NCBI GenBank assembly: GCA_964427825.1
Contig: CAYRUU010000003.1
Coordinates: 1-41,664, forward strand
Origin: an uncultured Micavibrio sp.
GTDB taxonomy: Bacteria > Patescibacteriota > Minisyncoccia > Moranbacterales > GCA-2747515
Direction: 5' to 3'
Length of the DNA: 41,664 bases
A program made the translations under genes and the position numbers. Positions 22,530-32,289 of this stretch are shown here, piece after piece; position 1 is the stretch's first letter, and every line of letters starts with the position of its first letter. The notes under the pieces were generated by a model. It saw nothing but the letters and a program-made list of their open reading frames with translations. It was not told where the DNA came from and did no database searches.

Positions 22530-24563
22530 TTACTGCATCTCCACCACGTCCACTGATGTCATGAAGCTGATGGGCGAAACACGATTGGCGATAAATGCCG
22601 GAAAGCGCGGAAGCACACGACTGATGGTGATCTTGTCAATGGTTGCCATGTACTTCTTCTCAATGATCCCCCGCAACTCATCGTGCTTTTTGCCGACAAT
22701 GTCTTCCTTGAACGCGGCAAGATCCACATGCGCTGCCGCATCCAGTGTCACGCGCACGCCCACTTTCACATTGTGCGCATCAAAATCGGCATCGCCATCG
22801 TCATAGGCAACGGACAACTGCGCACCCTCCATGCCATAGGATGCCATACGTTCCGCAAAAACAGATTGCACTGCCGTGTGCACATCCTCCTGTGAAAACA
22901 CAATGGCACGCACATGCGTTGTTGTTGTGTAGTGAAATGTCTCCTGTGCCGTGCCGGCAGTCACGTCGGCTTCGGATTGCTTCTGCGTCATTTGCAGGGC
23001 ATTGGGAAGCAACACTTCCACATCCGGACGCAAAAGCGCCGCGATCTGCGATTGCACGTCCGCTTGTGTTTCCTGCTCGGTTGCCGTTTTTGCCGCAGCA
23101 AGATCATCGCCTGTCACAAGTGCAACACCGCTACCGCCACTACCACCACCCACCATTGCCGCATCACTCTTTGCAGTTACCTTATCTTGTTTTGTTGTAC
23201 CGGACAGTCCCGGTACACGAAATGTCGTTGGATCAATATTTCCCTCCGCACCTGCCTTGTCCGCCATGACTAGCGCTTCCACTGTGCCCGGCGCATCACC
23301 TTTTGCCGCAGGCACCGTCACGCCATTCACCAAGCGAAACAGCGTCCCGTTTTCCGCCACAAAGCGCGTCGTCGCCACCAAGGGTTGCGCCGCGGTATCC
23401 GTGTTGGTAATCACAATTTTCCCTTGCGCTTTTTGCGCGCCGGCATCCCCACTGCCGGTTGCCGTAAAGACTTTGGTAAATGCCACATCGCGCTCAATGA
23501 TGCGCGCTGGAACAATGCGCCGCTCCACATCAATGTTTTGTTGATCGGTGCGCGCCGTCATATCCACACGCTCATCAATTGTCGCGTGCCGCGGATGTAC
23601 GGCGATATGCGACAGTGGCAAAAACAGCATCAATGCCAACACAGCAAGCACTACAACCGCCAACGTCACAAGCCCGAACGCCACAATACGTGGCTTGCGA
23701 GAAGAAATGTGCTTTTCCGGACTGTTGTGATGCATGCGCTGCTGCGGTGTACTTCGCTGCGTACGCTGTGCGTCGACGCCTGTGTTGCGTGCAGGCGATT
23801 GCGGTATGTGAGTGTGCTTCTGTGTCAAAGACTGCGCGCTACGACGCTCGTCATGTACCGGCACGGTGCGCTCTGCAGAGACGCGTGATGGCGCGACGGT
23901 GTGTGATCGTGACAGCGGTGTGGACGGCGGTTGTTTTTGTGTGGTGCGCTGCTGATGCGGCGGACGCATAAAGTGTTGCGGTGCACGCGGCAGCTGTGCC
24001 ACCGATGACTGCTGCATTGTTGCGCGCAGCGGCGGTGTGGGCGGTTGCTTTTGCTGCTGCACCTCTTGACGACGATACTGTTCCTGCTGTTGTGGTTGTG
24101 GCTGTGGTTGTGGCTGCTGTGGCTGTTGCGAAATGAGCTGTTGCTGCGAAACACTACCGGACGCTTTGTAATCATGGACAGATACGCTTGACGGTTGCTG
24201 TAAATGGCGCGCGGCGACATCGCGTGTCATGGATCGTCGCAAAGGCGACTCCGCCTGTACCGGCTGGACATATGCCGTTTTTTGCGGTACATCATCACCG
24301 CGATAGCGCTCTGTGGGGATTTTTGCACGCTGCGCCAAGGCAATGCCGTCTTCATCATTGGTCATGATGGTAATGTTTTTGTTCATCTGATGCGACTCGT
24401 ATGCCAAAATCTTCAAGTTTACGCCACTGTGGAGTAACATGGCGTGCTGTGGCACAACAAGGATGATGTCGGACACTGGCGTCCGTCGCAAGCGATCCAC
24501 AACATCCATGATTTCCTCATCGCGATCAATGCAAATTTTATACTCTTGTCCGTTCGTCATCAT
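22530..24563 (-). CDS. Hypothetical bitopic membrane protein: N-terminal globular domain, Q/P/R-rich disordered linker, one TM segment, large extracytoplasmic domain
   Basis: 677 aa. Residues about 1-95 look globular, about 100-290 are low complexity (QQPQQPQPQPQPQQQ...), the TM segment is at about 293-316, and a C-terminal domain of about 355 aa follows. It lies immediately downstream of ftsA. I could not recognise a family with confidence. Confidence 0.8.
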   Translation of the reverse strand: MMTNGQEYKICIDRDEEIMDVVDRLRRTPVSDIILVVPQHAMLLHSGVNLKILAYESHQMNKNITIMTNDEDGIALAQRAKIPTERYRGDDVPQKTAYVQPVQAESPLRRSMTRDVAARHLQQPSSVSVHDYKASGSVSQQQLISQQPQQPQPQPQPQQQEQYRRQEVQQQKQPPTPPLRATMQQSSVAQLPRAPQHFMRPPHQQRTTQKQPPSTPLSRSHTVAPSRVSAERTVPVHDERRSAQSLTQKHTHIPQSPARNTGVDAQRTQRSTPQQRMHHNSPEKHISSRKPRIVAFGLVTLAVVVLAVLALMLFLPLSHIAVHPRHATIDERVDMTARTDQQNIDVERRIVPARIIERDVAFTKVFTATGSGDAGAQKAQGKIVITNTDTAAQPLVATTRFVAENGTLFRLVNGVTVPAAKGDAPGTVEALVMADKAGAEGNIDPTTFRVPGLSGTTKQDKVTAKSDAAMVGGGSGGSGVALVTGDDLAAAKTATEQETQADVQSQIAALLRPDVEVLLPNALQMTQKQSEADVTAGTAQETFHYTTTTHVRAIVFSQEDVHTAVQSVFAERMASYGMEGAQLSVAYDDGDADFDAHNVKVGVRVTLDAAAHVDLAAFKEDIVGKKHDELRGIIEKKYMATIDKITISRVLPRFPAFIANRVSPISFMTSVDVVEMQ

Positions 24564-24599
24564 GATCTATGGTTAGGGTAATGAATAACGCCTACACGG

Positions 24600-25856
24600 T
24601 CAGCGTTGCACATCGCGCATCGCTTTGTTGAGAATTTGCGTAATAATTTTTTCCTCCGCCGTCATACCGATCACCAAATTGGCGAGTGCCATTGGCGTAA
24701 TGTCTTGCGGGTTATGCAGTGTTCCCGTTTGATCGGTAATGTTGATGACATCTTTCGGTTGCAGAAAACTGATGGTTGGTTTTTTGGTAAACGGTAATTT
24801 TTTCACCCATCCGTCGGACGACAGCACCTGGCCGATTTCGGGGAGGGCACTACCGCCGCCGCACAGGTAGATATTTGCCGGTAGGAGGTCTTTTTCCGCA
24901 AACTCCATGAGTGACAACTCCACGCCACCAAGCCACACGCGACTATCTTGCAAGAGAATGCGCGCAAACTGCTCTGCCACATTGCGTGGCAACACCCCTT
25001 GCCCGTATTTAATCTTCAATACTTCCGCTTCTTCAACGGACACACGCAACGCCTGTGCTAATCGCTTGGAAAACGCTCGCCCACCCAAGGCAAACATCTT
25101 CGTCCCCTCTAAGCCGCCGTTACGCACCACAGCAATGTCTGTTGTACCACCACCAATATCAATAAAAATCCCACTAAAATCCAAAATGTCTTCATATCCC
25201 ACCGATGCGCTTACGGCATACGGCTCTGCCGCAACGTGGATGAGTTCCAATCCCAATGCGTCGGCAATGCTGTCCACGGCACCAATGTGCATGAGTGGTG
25301 CATAGGCGTTGAACACGCTCACCGACAAGCTCTTGCCTTGAAAATTCAACGGGTTTGCCACGCGATAGCCGTCAATACGCACATCTACCACAGCAGCATT
25401 GATCAGACGAATGTCCGTCGTGCGCCCCGTATCCCACTCTACCTGCTCCTTGATGCGCTCAAAGGTCTTCCACTGTACACGCTGAATGATCTCTCGTAAT
25501 TCCTGCACTTCAATGCGCACATGCGGATGCGCGCGCTCATAGTGGACAGTGGTCGTCGTGCCTTTGATCAGTTCCCCCGCCACACCCATGACGGTCTTGG
25601 TCACGTCCTTAATGCGTGCTGCCTGTACGGCGTGATCAATGGCGCGCTGGCATGTGGCGATCACGCCAGAAATATCGGAAATTGCACCGGATTGCATGTT
25701 GCCACGTGCCTGCGTCTCCCGTGCAGCGCCAACAATCACACCCATACCGTCGTTTTTGTCCACATAAAAAACAAGCGCCTTCACCACCTCCGTACCAATG
25801 TCAAGAGCAAGATAGTACTCTTTGCTCTTGCGCGAAAATGTATCAAAAATACCCAT
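24600..25856 (-). CDS. ftsA: Actin-like cell division protein FtsA
   Basis: 418 aa. Phosphate-1 LALDIGTEVVKAL, phosphate-2 IDIGGGTTDIAV, adenosine motif LCGGGSALPEI. The FtsA-type subdomain layout is present. Confidence 0.85.
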   Translation of the reverse strand: MGIFDTFSRKSKEYYLALDIGTEVVKALVFYVDKNDGMGVIVGAARETQARGNMQSGAISDISGVIATCQRAIDHAVQAARIKDVTKTVMGVAGELIKGTTTTVHYERAHPHVRIEVQELREIIQRVQWKTFERIKEQVEWDTGRTTDIRLINAAVVDVRIDGYRVANPLNFQGKSLSVSVFNAYAPLMHIGAVDSIADALGLELIHVAAEPYAVSASVGYEDILDFSGIFIDIGGGTTDIAVVRNGGLEGTKMFALGGRAFSKRLAQALRVSVEEAEVLKIKYGQGVLPRNVAEQFARILLQDSRVWLGGVELSLMEFAEKDLLPANIYLCGGGSALPEIGQVLSSDGWVKKLPFTKKPTISFLQPKDVINITDQTGTLHNPQDITPMALANLVIGMTAEEKIITQILNKAMRDVQR

Positions 25857-25871
25857 TGCCTACCATTACCA

Positions 25872-26903
25872 TTATGTGACACGAAATGCATCCGCTCTGC
25901 GTTCCATTATAGCATAGGTGAGCAGACCTTCGTGTGCGCCATAGTAGCCGATCACACTGTCACTGTTCGCCGCCCCCCACCGCATGCACTGCGCGCGATC
26001 CGCTCCATGCAGCACTGCCGCCAAAAAACCGCTTGCAAAGGCATCTCCGGCACCTGTTGTGTCAAGCGCAACTTTGCCGGACGCCTCAACATGCAACGTA
26101 CCACCTTTCTCTGTATTTGTCCATGCACCGCGCGTACCGTCGGTCACCACAACACGTGGGGACGCATGCTCCATCCGCGCCACCAACGCGGCAACAATCG
26201 CCTCTTCGCTCGCGGAAACCGACGTCGCACCACGCGCGCCGATGGCAAGAATGCGCAATGCCTCCTCTTTATTCACAAAAAGACACGCCGCCTCACGCAG
26301 CAGCTGCACCACAAGATCCGGCTGTGATGAGATATTGTGACCGCCGGGATTGTATGCCAAGTGCACGGACCCAGCAGCAGCCGCATCGCGCAGTAGCATC
26401 ATATTATCTGCAATGGCATCGCCATACAGCGACCCCACAAAGCACCATGGCGCCCGCACTAAGTGTTCTGATGTGAGTGCAAGACGCTCGCCAATATCGC
26501 GATTCACAAAAATAGTCCGCTCGCCCGTCGTGGTGTCTACAATAATCACCGACAAGTCCGTAAAAGCATTATGCTCCACAATCATGGAGTGCGTATCCAC
26601 GCCGGCATCGCGCAATTCATGTGTGATCCATGCGCCGTCGGCATCGTCACCAATCACACCAAGTGCATGCGCACCAATACCCAAGCGCATGAGCCCCACC
26701 GACACATTACACGCACACCCACCCGGCGCCATGTAACGATCTTGTACATGCACCTTGTCGCCAAAGGTGAAACAAAATCGCGGTTTCGGTGTGGCGCACG
26801 GCGACGTATCGCGCCCCTCATAGAGTGGGAAGAAAATATCTTTGCCCATACTGCCGATACACAGCACTGCGGGGCGATCCATTGTGTCCGTCATAACACT
26901 CAC
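25872..26903 (-). CDS. PfkB-family carbohydrate/nucleoside kinase
   Basis: 343 aa. N-terminal GSMGKD region and the C-terminal signature DTTGAGDAFASGF. Confidence 0.8.
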   Translation of the reverse strand: MSVMTDTMDRPAVLCIGSMGKDIFFPLYEGRDTSPCATPKPRFCFTFGDKVHVQDRYMAPGGCACNVSVGLMRLGIGAHALGVIGDDADGAWITHELRDAGVDTHSMIVEHNAFTDLSVIIVDTTTGERTIFVNRDIGERLALTSEHLVRAPWCFVGSLYGDAIADNMMLLRDAAAAGSVHLAYNPGGHNISSQPDLVVQLLREAACLFVNKEEALRILAIGARGATSVSASEEAIVAALVARMEHASPRVVVTDGTRGAWTNTEKGGTLHVEASGKVALDTTGAGDAFASGFLAAVLHGADRAQCMRWGAANSDSVIGYYGAHEGLLTYAIMERRADAFRVT

Positions 26904-26926
26904 AATTCACGAATAACATGCTCATC

Positions 26927-28183
26927 TTAGGCGATTTGCTCTTCAATGGTCAAGAGACGATTGTATTTGCACAAACGCTCTGCGCGCGACAGCGATCCGC
27001 TCTTGATGAAATCCGCACCCACACCCACCGACAGGTCAGCAATAAAATCATCAATCGTCTCCCCACTGCGATGCGACACAACGATGCGCATGCCATACTC
27101 CTGCGCCAACCGCACACACGCCAGCGTTTCCGTCAGTGTGCCGATTTGATTGGGCTTGATCAATGCGGCGTTACACGCCTTCGTGTCAATCGCTTTTTGC
27201 ACATGCGTCACGTTGGTGACCAGCAAATCATCCCCCACCAACATCACACGATCATGAAATTTCTCATACATCGTGTGCCATCCATCCCAATCATACTCCG
27301 TCAAGCCATCCTCAATACTTATCACATACTTGTCGCGCACCCAACCATCATACACAGCCAAAAGCTCCTCCGCCGTATATGCCGTATCTTCCACATCAAA
27401 TGTATAGTGTGCGCAATCCGCATGGTAGAACGAATTTGCCGCCGCATCCACGCCGATGCTCATCTGCGTACCCATGGTGTAGCCCGCCTTCTCTGCCGCA
27501 GCGGCAATGGCATCCAGTGGCGCGGTATTGTTCGCCAAGCGCGGCGCAAAACCACCCTCATCACCCACACCGGTCGCAAAACCGCCATCGGCAAGATACG
27601 TGTGCAGTGCGTGAAAAATTTCCGCACCGGCGCGCAACTGTTCGCGAAAAGATGTCATACCGTGCGGCACAACCATGTATTCCTGAATCGCCAAACCGCT
27701 GTCGGCATGCTTGCCACCGTTAATCACGTTGAACATCGGCGTCGGCGTGTGCAGTTTTTTCTGCGTGCCGTGCACCTGCGCGATATAGGCATAGAGTGGC
27801 ATTTTTTGTGTCATCGCCGCCACGCGACACGCCGCCAGAGACACCGCCAAAATGGCATTGGCGCCCAGATGTGCCTTGTTGGGTGTGCCGTCCAGCGCGA
27901 TCATCACCTCATCCAGCGCCTTCTGATCCGTCACATCCATACCCACCACACGCTCGGCAATCGCACCGTTCACGTTTGCCACAGCTTGTTGCACGCCTTT
28001 GCCGCCATAGCGCGCCCGATCGCCGTCACGCAACTCCAGCGCCTCAAACTCACCTGTAGACGCACCACTTGGCACCTGTGACCACGCTTTCATGCCGTTT
28101 TCCAAGATCACCTCCGCCTCCACGGTTGGATTGCCGCGTGAGTCCAAAATTTCCCGCGCCATCACCTTGTGTATTTTCGTCAT
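26927..28183 (-). CDS. eno: Enolase (phosphopyruvate hydratase)
   Basis: 418 aa. AREILDSRGNPTVEAEV, SGASTGEFEALELRD, IKPNQIGTLTET, SHRSGET. Confidence 0.95.
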   Translation of the reverse strand: MTKIHKVMAREILDSRGNPTVEAEVILENGMKAWSQVPSGASTGEFEALELRDGDRARYGGKGVQQAVANVNGAIAERVVGMDVTDQKALDEVMIALDGTPNKAHLGANAILAVSLAACRVAAMTQKMPLYAYIAQVHGTQKKLHTPTPMFNVINGGKHADSGLAIQEYMVVPHGMTSFREQLRAGAEIFHALHTYLADGGFATGVGDEGGFAPRLANNTAPLDAIAAAAEKAGYTMGTQMSIGVDAAANSFYHADCAHYTFDVEDTAYTAEELLAVYDGWVRDKYVISIEDGLTEYDWDGWHTMYEKFHDRVMLVGDDLLVTNVTHVQKAIDTKACNAALIKPNQIGTLTETLACVRLAQEYGMRIVVSHRSGETIDDFIADLSVGVGADFIKSGSLSRAERLCKYNRLLTIEEQIA

Positions 28184-28232
28184 AGATTTTTTCCTTTTTA
28201 TATATTAATCACCATTTTTGCTGTTCTCCTTT

Positions 28233-28241
28233 ATTGTAACA
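28233..28241 (-). promoter_or_regulatory. Extended -10 element TGtTACAAT upstream of eno
   Basis: The minus strand reads TGTTACAAT about 50 nt upstream of the eno ATG. An AAGGA SD lies 8 nt before the ATG. Confidence 0.35.
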
Positions 28242-28255
28242 CATTGCCCCACCCG

Positions 28256-29305
28256 TCACCGCACCAACACGTCCACGCCGGGCATGTCCTCACCACCCAA
28301 AAACGCCAGCATCGCACCGCCGCCGGTGGACGCAAACGACACACGATCCAGTACACCGCACTCCTCCGCCACCTGTACCGTCTCACCGCCACCGATCAGG
28401 CTGTATGCGTCGCGATTGTCCGCAATCGCCCGCAGCAGCGTACATGTCGCCACACGATACGCTTCCTCCTCAATTTTTCCCATCGGCCCGTTCCATACGA
28501 TCATCTTGGCATCGGCGATCACTACAGCAAAATGTGCCGTCGCACGCGGTCCGATATCATAAAATTTATAGGCAAAATCCTCCGGAAAAATCACATTGTC
28601 CGGAAATGTCATGCGTTGCTCCATCGCCTCCACTGCCGTACGTCCACCAACCAACACCGTCGCATAGTTTTGCGCAAAAGCAGTAATGAGCGGCACTTTG
28701 GTTTCAATCTTTGCACCGCCAATGATCGCAACCGCCGGTTGCTCGGGGTGATTTTTGACGCGCGTCAGGGAGTCCACTTCTTTGGCAAGCCACAACCCCG
28801 CATAGGACGGCAGACATCGTGTGATGGCATGCACCGACGCATGTGCGCGGTGACACACAGCAAACGCCTCATTGACATACATGTCAAACGGCGCACACAA
28901 CTCGCCGGCAAACGTGCCATTATTCGTCTCTTCTCCGTTGTGATAGCGCACGTTTTCCAAAAGCAGCACCGTGCCGTCCGGTGTGGTGCGCAGCGCATCC
29001 GCAACTGCTGCACCCACACATGCCGGCACAAACACCACATCACGCGCTATAATGCGCGCCACATCATCCTTCAGCTGATCAAGTGAATAGCGCATGTCCT
29101 GCGGACCTTCCGGACGCCCAAAATGCGACAGCAGCGCCACATGTGCCGCACCATGCTCCACAAGCCAGTCCACCGTCGCCTTCGCCGCGCCGATTTTATA
29201 TGACGATTTCACATTGCCCATCGTGTCCACCGACTCATTGAAATCCACACGCACCAAGACATTCTTACCCGTCACATCCGCATGATGAATGGTTTGTAAT
29301 TGCAT
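28256..29305 (-). CDS. pgk: Phosphoglycerate kinase (short form, 349 aa)
   Basis: Starts at the ATG at 29305 (MQLQTIHHADVTGKNVLVRVDFNES). Motifs LSHFGRP, GGAKIETK, WNGPMG, STGGGAMLAFLGGEDMPGV. Confidence 0.9.
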   Translation of the reverse strand: MQLQTIHHADVTGKNVLVRVDFNESVDTMGNVKSSYKIGAAKATVDWLVEHGAAHVALLSHFGRPEGPQDMRYSLDQLKDDVARIIARDVVFVPACVGAAVADALRTTPDGTVLLLENVRYHNGEETNNGTFAGELCAPFDMYVNEAFAVCHRAHASVHAITRCLPSYAGLWLAKEVDSLTRVKNHPEQPAVAIIGGAKIETKVPLITAFAQNYATVLVGGRTAVEAMEQRMTFPDNVIFPEDFAYKFYDIGPRATAHFAVVIADAKMIVWNGPMGKIEEEAYRVATCTLLRAIADNRDAYSLIGGGETVQVAEECGVLDRVSFASTGGGAMLAFLGGEDMPGVDVLVR

Positions 29306-29350
29306 AAAATACTGTTTCAAAAAATAATGACATGGCAACGATGGCACGTC

Positions 29351-30445
29351 CTATCCACCACCGACAATTCCCACAATCAACCCAAGCACCACCATAACCG
29401 CCGTGAAAATCCACGCTCGCATCGTGATCTTGGGCTCGGGCCACCCCATCGCCTCAAAGTGATGGTGCAGTGGCGCCGCAAGAAAAATTTTGCGCTTGAA
29501 AAATTTCTTGGAAGCTATTTGTAACGCCGCACTGCCAGATTCTAGTGCATACACTGCTGTAATAATGAACAGCACCACCACGGAATTCGTCAGCATGGCA
29601 ACCACACCCAACGTCGTGCCCAAACTGATCGCCCCCGTATCGCCCATGAAAAACCGCGCGGGGTACACATTGAACCACAAAAATGCCAAAAGCGCACCGG
29701 TCACCGCCAGGCAAAAGCACGCCAAATTTACTTTGTTCTGCGAAAAGGCAATCACAGTAAACGCCGCAAACGCCATCATCAAAATACCGCCATTCAATCC
29801 GTCCAGCCCATCCGTCTCATTGGAGGAGAACGCCGTATAGAGAATGACAAAAATAAACAGTGGTACATACCATATCCCAATACTGAAATCACCAATGCCC
29901 GGGATGTGCAGTTGATCCCATCCCAATTTACTGTAGAACCACCACGCACCCGCCGCCGCAATCACAAAGAGCCACCAAAAACGCTCCATAAACCGCATAC
30001 CACCACCTTTGTTGCGCCCCCATCCACGCACACTCATCACATCGTCAAACAATCCTAAGATGCCGGTCGTCACAAGAAAAAATGTCGGCAACCACGTCTG
30101 TTTACGCGACAAGAAGTCCAAACGCGCAATAAATGCGCTGTCCGTCCACTGTGCAATCCACGGGAAGATCGTCGCCGATGCGATGATGAGCACAAAAACA
30201 CTCACCCACACAATCACGCCACCCATGGTCGGTGTGCCGGCTTTTTTAGCGTGTAGAGTGTTCACGTATTGCAACGCATCACCCTGCACGCCCGTTTTCT
30301 TGATTTTAATCCCAAACCGATACTGATACAGAAAATGCGTCCAAATCGGCGTGATGGCAAACGCCACAATAAACGCCAAAACGCCAGTGATCAACACTTT
30401 GAGGACATTTTCAATTTCCGGTGAGGAACACAGTTGATATAACAT
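29351..30445 (-). CDS. mraY: Phospho-N-acetylmuramoyl-pentapeptide transferase
   Basis: 364 aa, polytopic. Motifs GLFDDVMSV, NETDGLDGL, GDTGAISLG, APLHHHFE. Confidence 0.92.
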   Translation of the reverse strand: MLYQLCSSPEIENVLKVLITGVLAFIVAFAITPIWTHFLYQYRFGIKIKKTGVQGDALQYVNTLHAKKAGTPTMGGVIVWVSVFVLIIASATIFPWIAQWTDSAFIARLDFLSRKQTWLPTFFLVTTGILGLFDDVMSVRGWGRNKGGGMRFMERFWWLFVIAAAGAWWFYSKLGWDQLHIPGIGDFSIGIWYVPLFIFVILYTAFSSNETDGLDGLNGGILMMAFAAFTVIAFSQNKVNLACFCLAVTGALLAFLWFNVYPARFFMGDTGAISLGTTLGVVAMLTNSVVVLFIITAVYALESGSAALQIASKKFFKRKIFLAAPLHHHFEAMGWPEPKITMRAWIFTAVMVVLGLIVGIVGGG

Positions 30446-30456
30446 AGACTACATAC

Positions 30457-30465
30457 AGTATACCA
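30457..30465 (-). promoter_or_regulatory. Extended -10 element TGgTATACT 11 nt upstream of the mraY ATG (very short leader)
   Basis: Minus strand: TTTTATGGTATACTGTATGTAGTCT ATG. Confidence 0.4.
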
Positions 30466-30532
30466 TAAAATGAACTTATGCATGCGTTGTGCCGTTTATG
30501 GCGCCGCCCACCATCATGTCGCGCATGATGGA

Positions 30533-31630
30533 CTAGCGCCACTCAAATGAGGTAAATGCCCAATCGCTCATGGTGCGTACATCAATAAAACGTTGCGGAT
30601 CGTTCAAGACCACAGACACAACCTTGTGCTCCTGTGTGCCGTCGTGTGACGCAAGGGCAAGGCAATAGCCGGCGCGTGGTGTGAAACCCGTTTTGGCGCC
30701 AATGAGGTTGGGCATTTCGCCAATCAGGCGATTGGTATTTTCCAACTCATGCGTGATGGCACCGTCGCGCGACATGAACGTCGCCGTTTCTGTCTGCATC
30801 ATTTTCCACAGCGGCGCGTATTTGTCATATTGCAACAAGTGTACCATCACACGCGCCATGTCATAGGCGCTGGAGTAGCATTGCTCTTCATTGGCGTCGT
30901 ACTCCAACCCAGACGGTCGACAAAAATGCGAATTGCCCGCGCCAAGCTCCTTCATGCGTGCATTCATCAACGTGGCAAATTGCTCTTCATCGCCAGCAAC
31001 ATGAATGGCAAGCGCCGTGGCAGCATCATTGGCACTAAACATCAGCATTGCGCTGAGGAGATCGCGCACACGTACTTCCTCGCCTGCCTCAAGCCGCGGT
31101 GTTGTACACAAAACCGACGTCGGGCATCCCACGCGCGTGCCTTCAATGCGAATGACGCTTTCCGGTACACGCACATACATGTCAATATCCTGCACACGAT
31201 CAATCACAATCATTGCTGTCACCAATTTTGTAACGGAAGCAACGGAGCGCCGCGCCGTGGAATTTTTCTCCCATAAAATGATGCCTGATCCCACATCCAG
31301 CACAACGCCGGATGTCACAGTGGGCACAACAAGATCTTGCGCATCGGGTGTGCGCATCGGTTGATAGGCAATACGGTGCGCCGTGTGGTAGGCCGTGTCG
31401 TCGTCCATGATTGCTGGTGGTGTGGTATATTGCGCAGTATCATTACGCAGCACATGCATCCGCGATAGCGCTGTGTGCGCTGCGTGCATGTCATCCACAC
31501 GCGGACGATCCATAATGGTGTGGACATACACACTCACAGCAGCAAGACACGCAAACACCACAAACGCCGCGATCGGATACGTCACGAAAACCCACGCCTG
31601 CCGCTGTTTGTTGTTTCCAAAAAATCCCAT
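30533..31630 (-). CDS. D-alanyl-D-alanine carboxypeptidase (peptidase S11, PBP5-like), membrane-anchored
   Basis: 365 aa with an N-terminal TM segment. SxxK (SVTK), SxN (SAND) and KTG (KTGFT) motifs occur in the canonical order. Confidence 0.85.
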   Translation of the reverse strand: MGFFGNNKQRQAWVFVTYPIAAFVVFACLAAVSVYVHTIMDRPRVDDMHAAHTALSRMHVLRNDTAQYTTPPAIMDDDTAYHTAHRIAYQPMRTPDAQDLVVPTVTSGVVLDVGSGIILWEKNSTARRSVASVTKLVTAMIVIDRVQDIDMYVRVPESVIRIEGTRVGCPTSVLCTTPRLEAGEEVRVRDLLSAMLMFSANDAATALAIHVAGDEEQFATLMNARMKELGAGNSHFCRPSGLEYDANEEQCYSSAYDMARVMVHLLQYDKYAPLWKMMQTETATFMSRDGAITHELENTNRLIGEMPNLIGAKTGFTPRAGYCLALASHDGTQEHKVVSVVLNDPQRFIDVRTMSDWAFTSFEWR

Positions 31631-31647
31631 GATCCCCCGTATTTAGA

Positions 31648-32268
31648 TTACTGTGTGTATGCCTCGTCTGTTTCCGCCACCGCCACACCATCATGCACAA
31701 GGATGGCGTCAATACGCGGATCGCGCGCGATCTCGTCAAATGCCGGCAACTCTTCCACGCGCGCAATGCCCAAAACACGCAAAAAGTCCGCCGTCACGCG
31801 ATATACATGCGACCGCGACTGTACTTCCGTTTGCGGCACGCGCTCAATCAAACCACGCCGTACAAGATTGCGCAACGTAAATGCGCAGTTCACGCCACGA
31901 ATCGCCTCAATGTCCGTTTTGCCGATCGGTCCGCGATAGGCAATGATTGCCAACACCTCCGTGGCAACGGGCGTCAACGGTCCTTGCAGTTCCTTCGTGG
32001 CAATCTCGTCAATCACGGTGGCAACATCCGGATGCGTTACCATCTGCGCACCGCGATCGGTGACAATGATGCGCAGTCCGCCGCCGCGCGCTTCATATGT
32101 CGCACGCAACGCTTCCACAGCCGCGCGCGCATCCGCCTCGCCTTGATCCGTCAGTTGCGCCAGCCGCGCAAAGGGCACATCCGATCCATACATAAAAAGA
32201 ATTGCCTCCACAACCGCAGCGCCCTGCGCCTGTGACATCTTTTCTTGTTGTGGTATTTCATTGTTCAT
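31648..32268 (-). CDS. scpB: Segregation and condensation protein B
   Basis: 206 aa. VEAILFMYGSDVPFARLAQL followed by a second winged-helix region LAIIAYRGPIGKTDIEAIRGVNC..LRNLVRRGLIE. Confidence 0.85.
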   Translation of the reverse strand: MNNEIPQQEKMSQAQGAAVVEAILFMYGSDVPFARLAQLTDQGEADARAAVEALRATYEARGGGLRIIVTDRGAQMVTHPDVATVIDEIATKELQGPLTPVATEVLAIIAYRGPIGKTDIEAIRGVNCAFTLRNLVRRGLIERVPQTEVQSRSHVYRVTADFLRVLGIARVEELPAFDEIARDPRIDAILVHDGVAVAETDEAYTQ

Positions 32269-32289
32269 ATTTCTTACCAGTCATGCTTC

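Noticed and set aside
28184-28255. A five-codon mini-ORF (ATG GTG ATT AAT ATA TAA) with an AAGGAG SD in the eno 5' UTR, as a possible regulatory uORF.
   Set aside because: It is very short, the SD-to-ATG spacing of 10 nt is suboptimal, and there is no associated alternative RNA structure. It is most likely a chance occurrence in an AT-rich leader.
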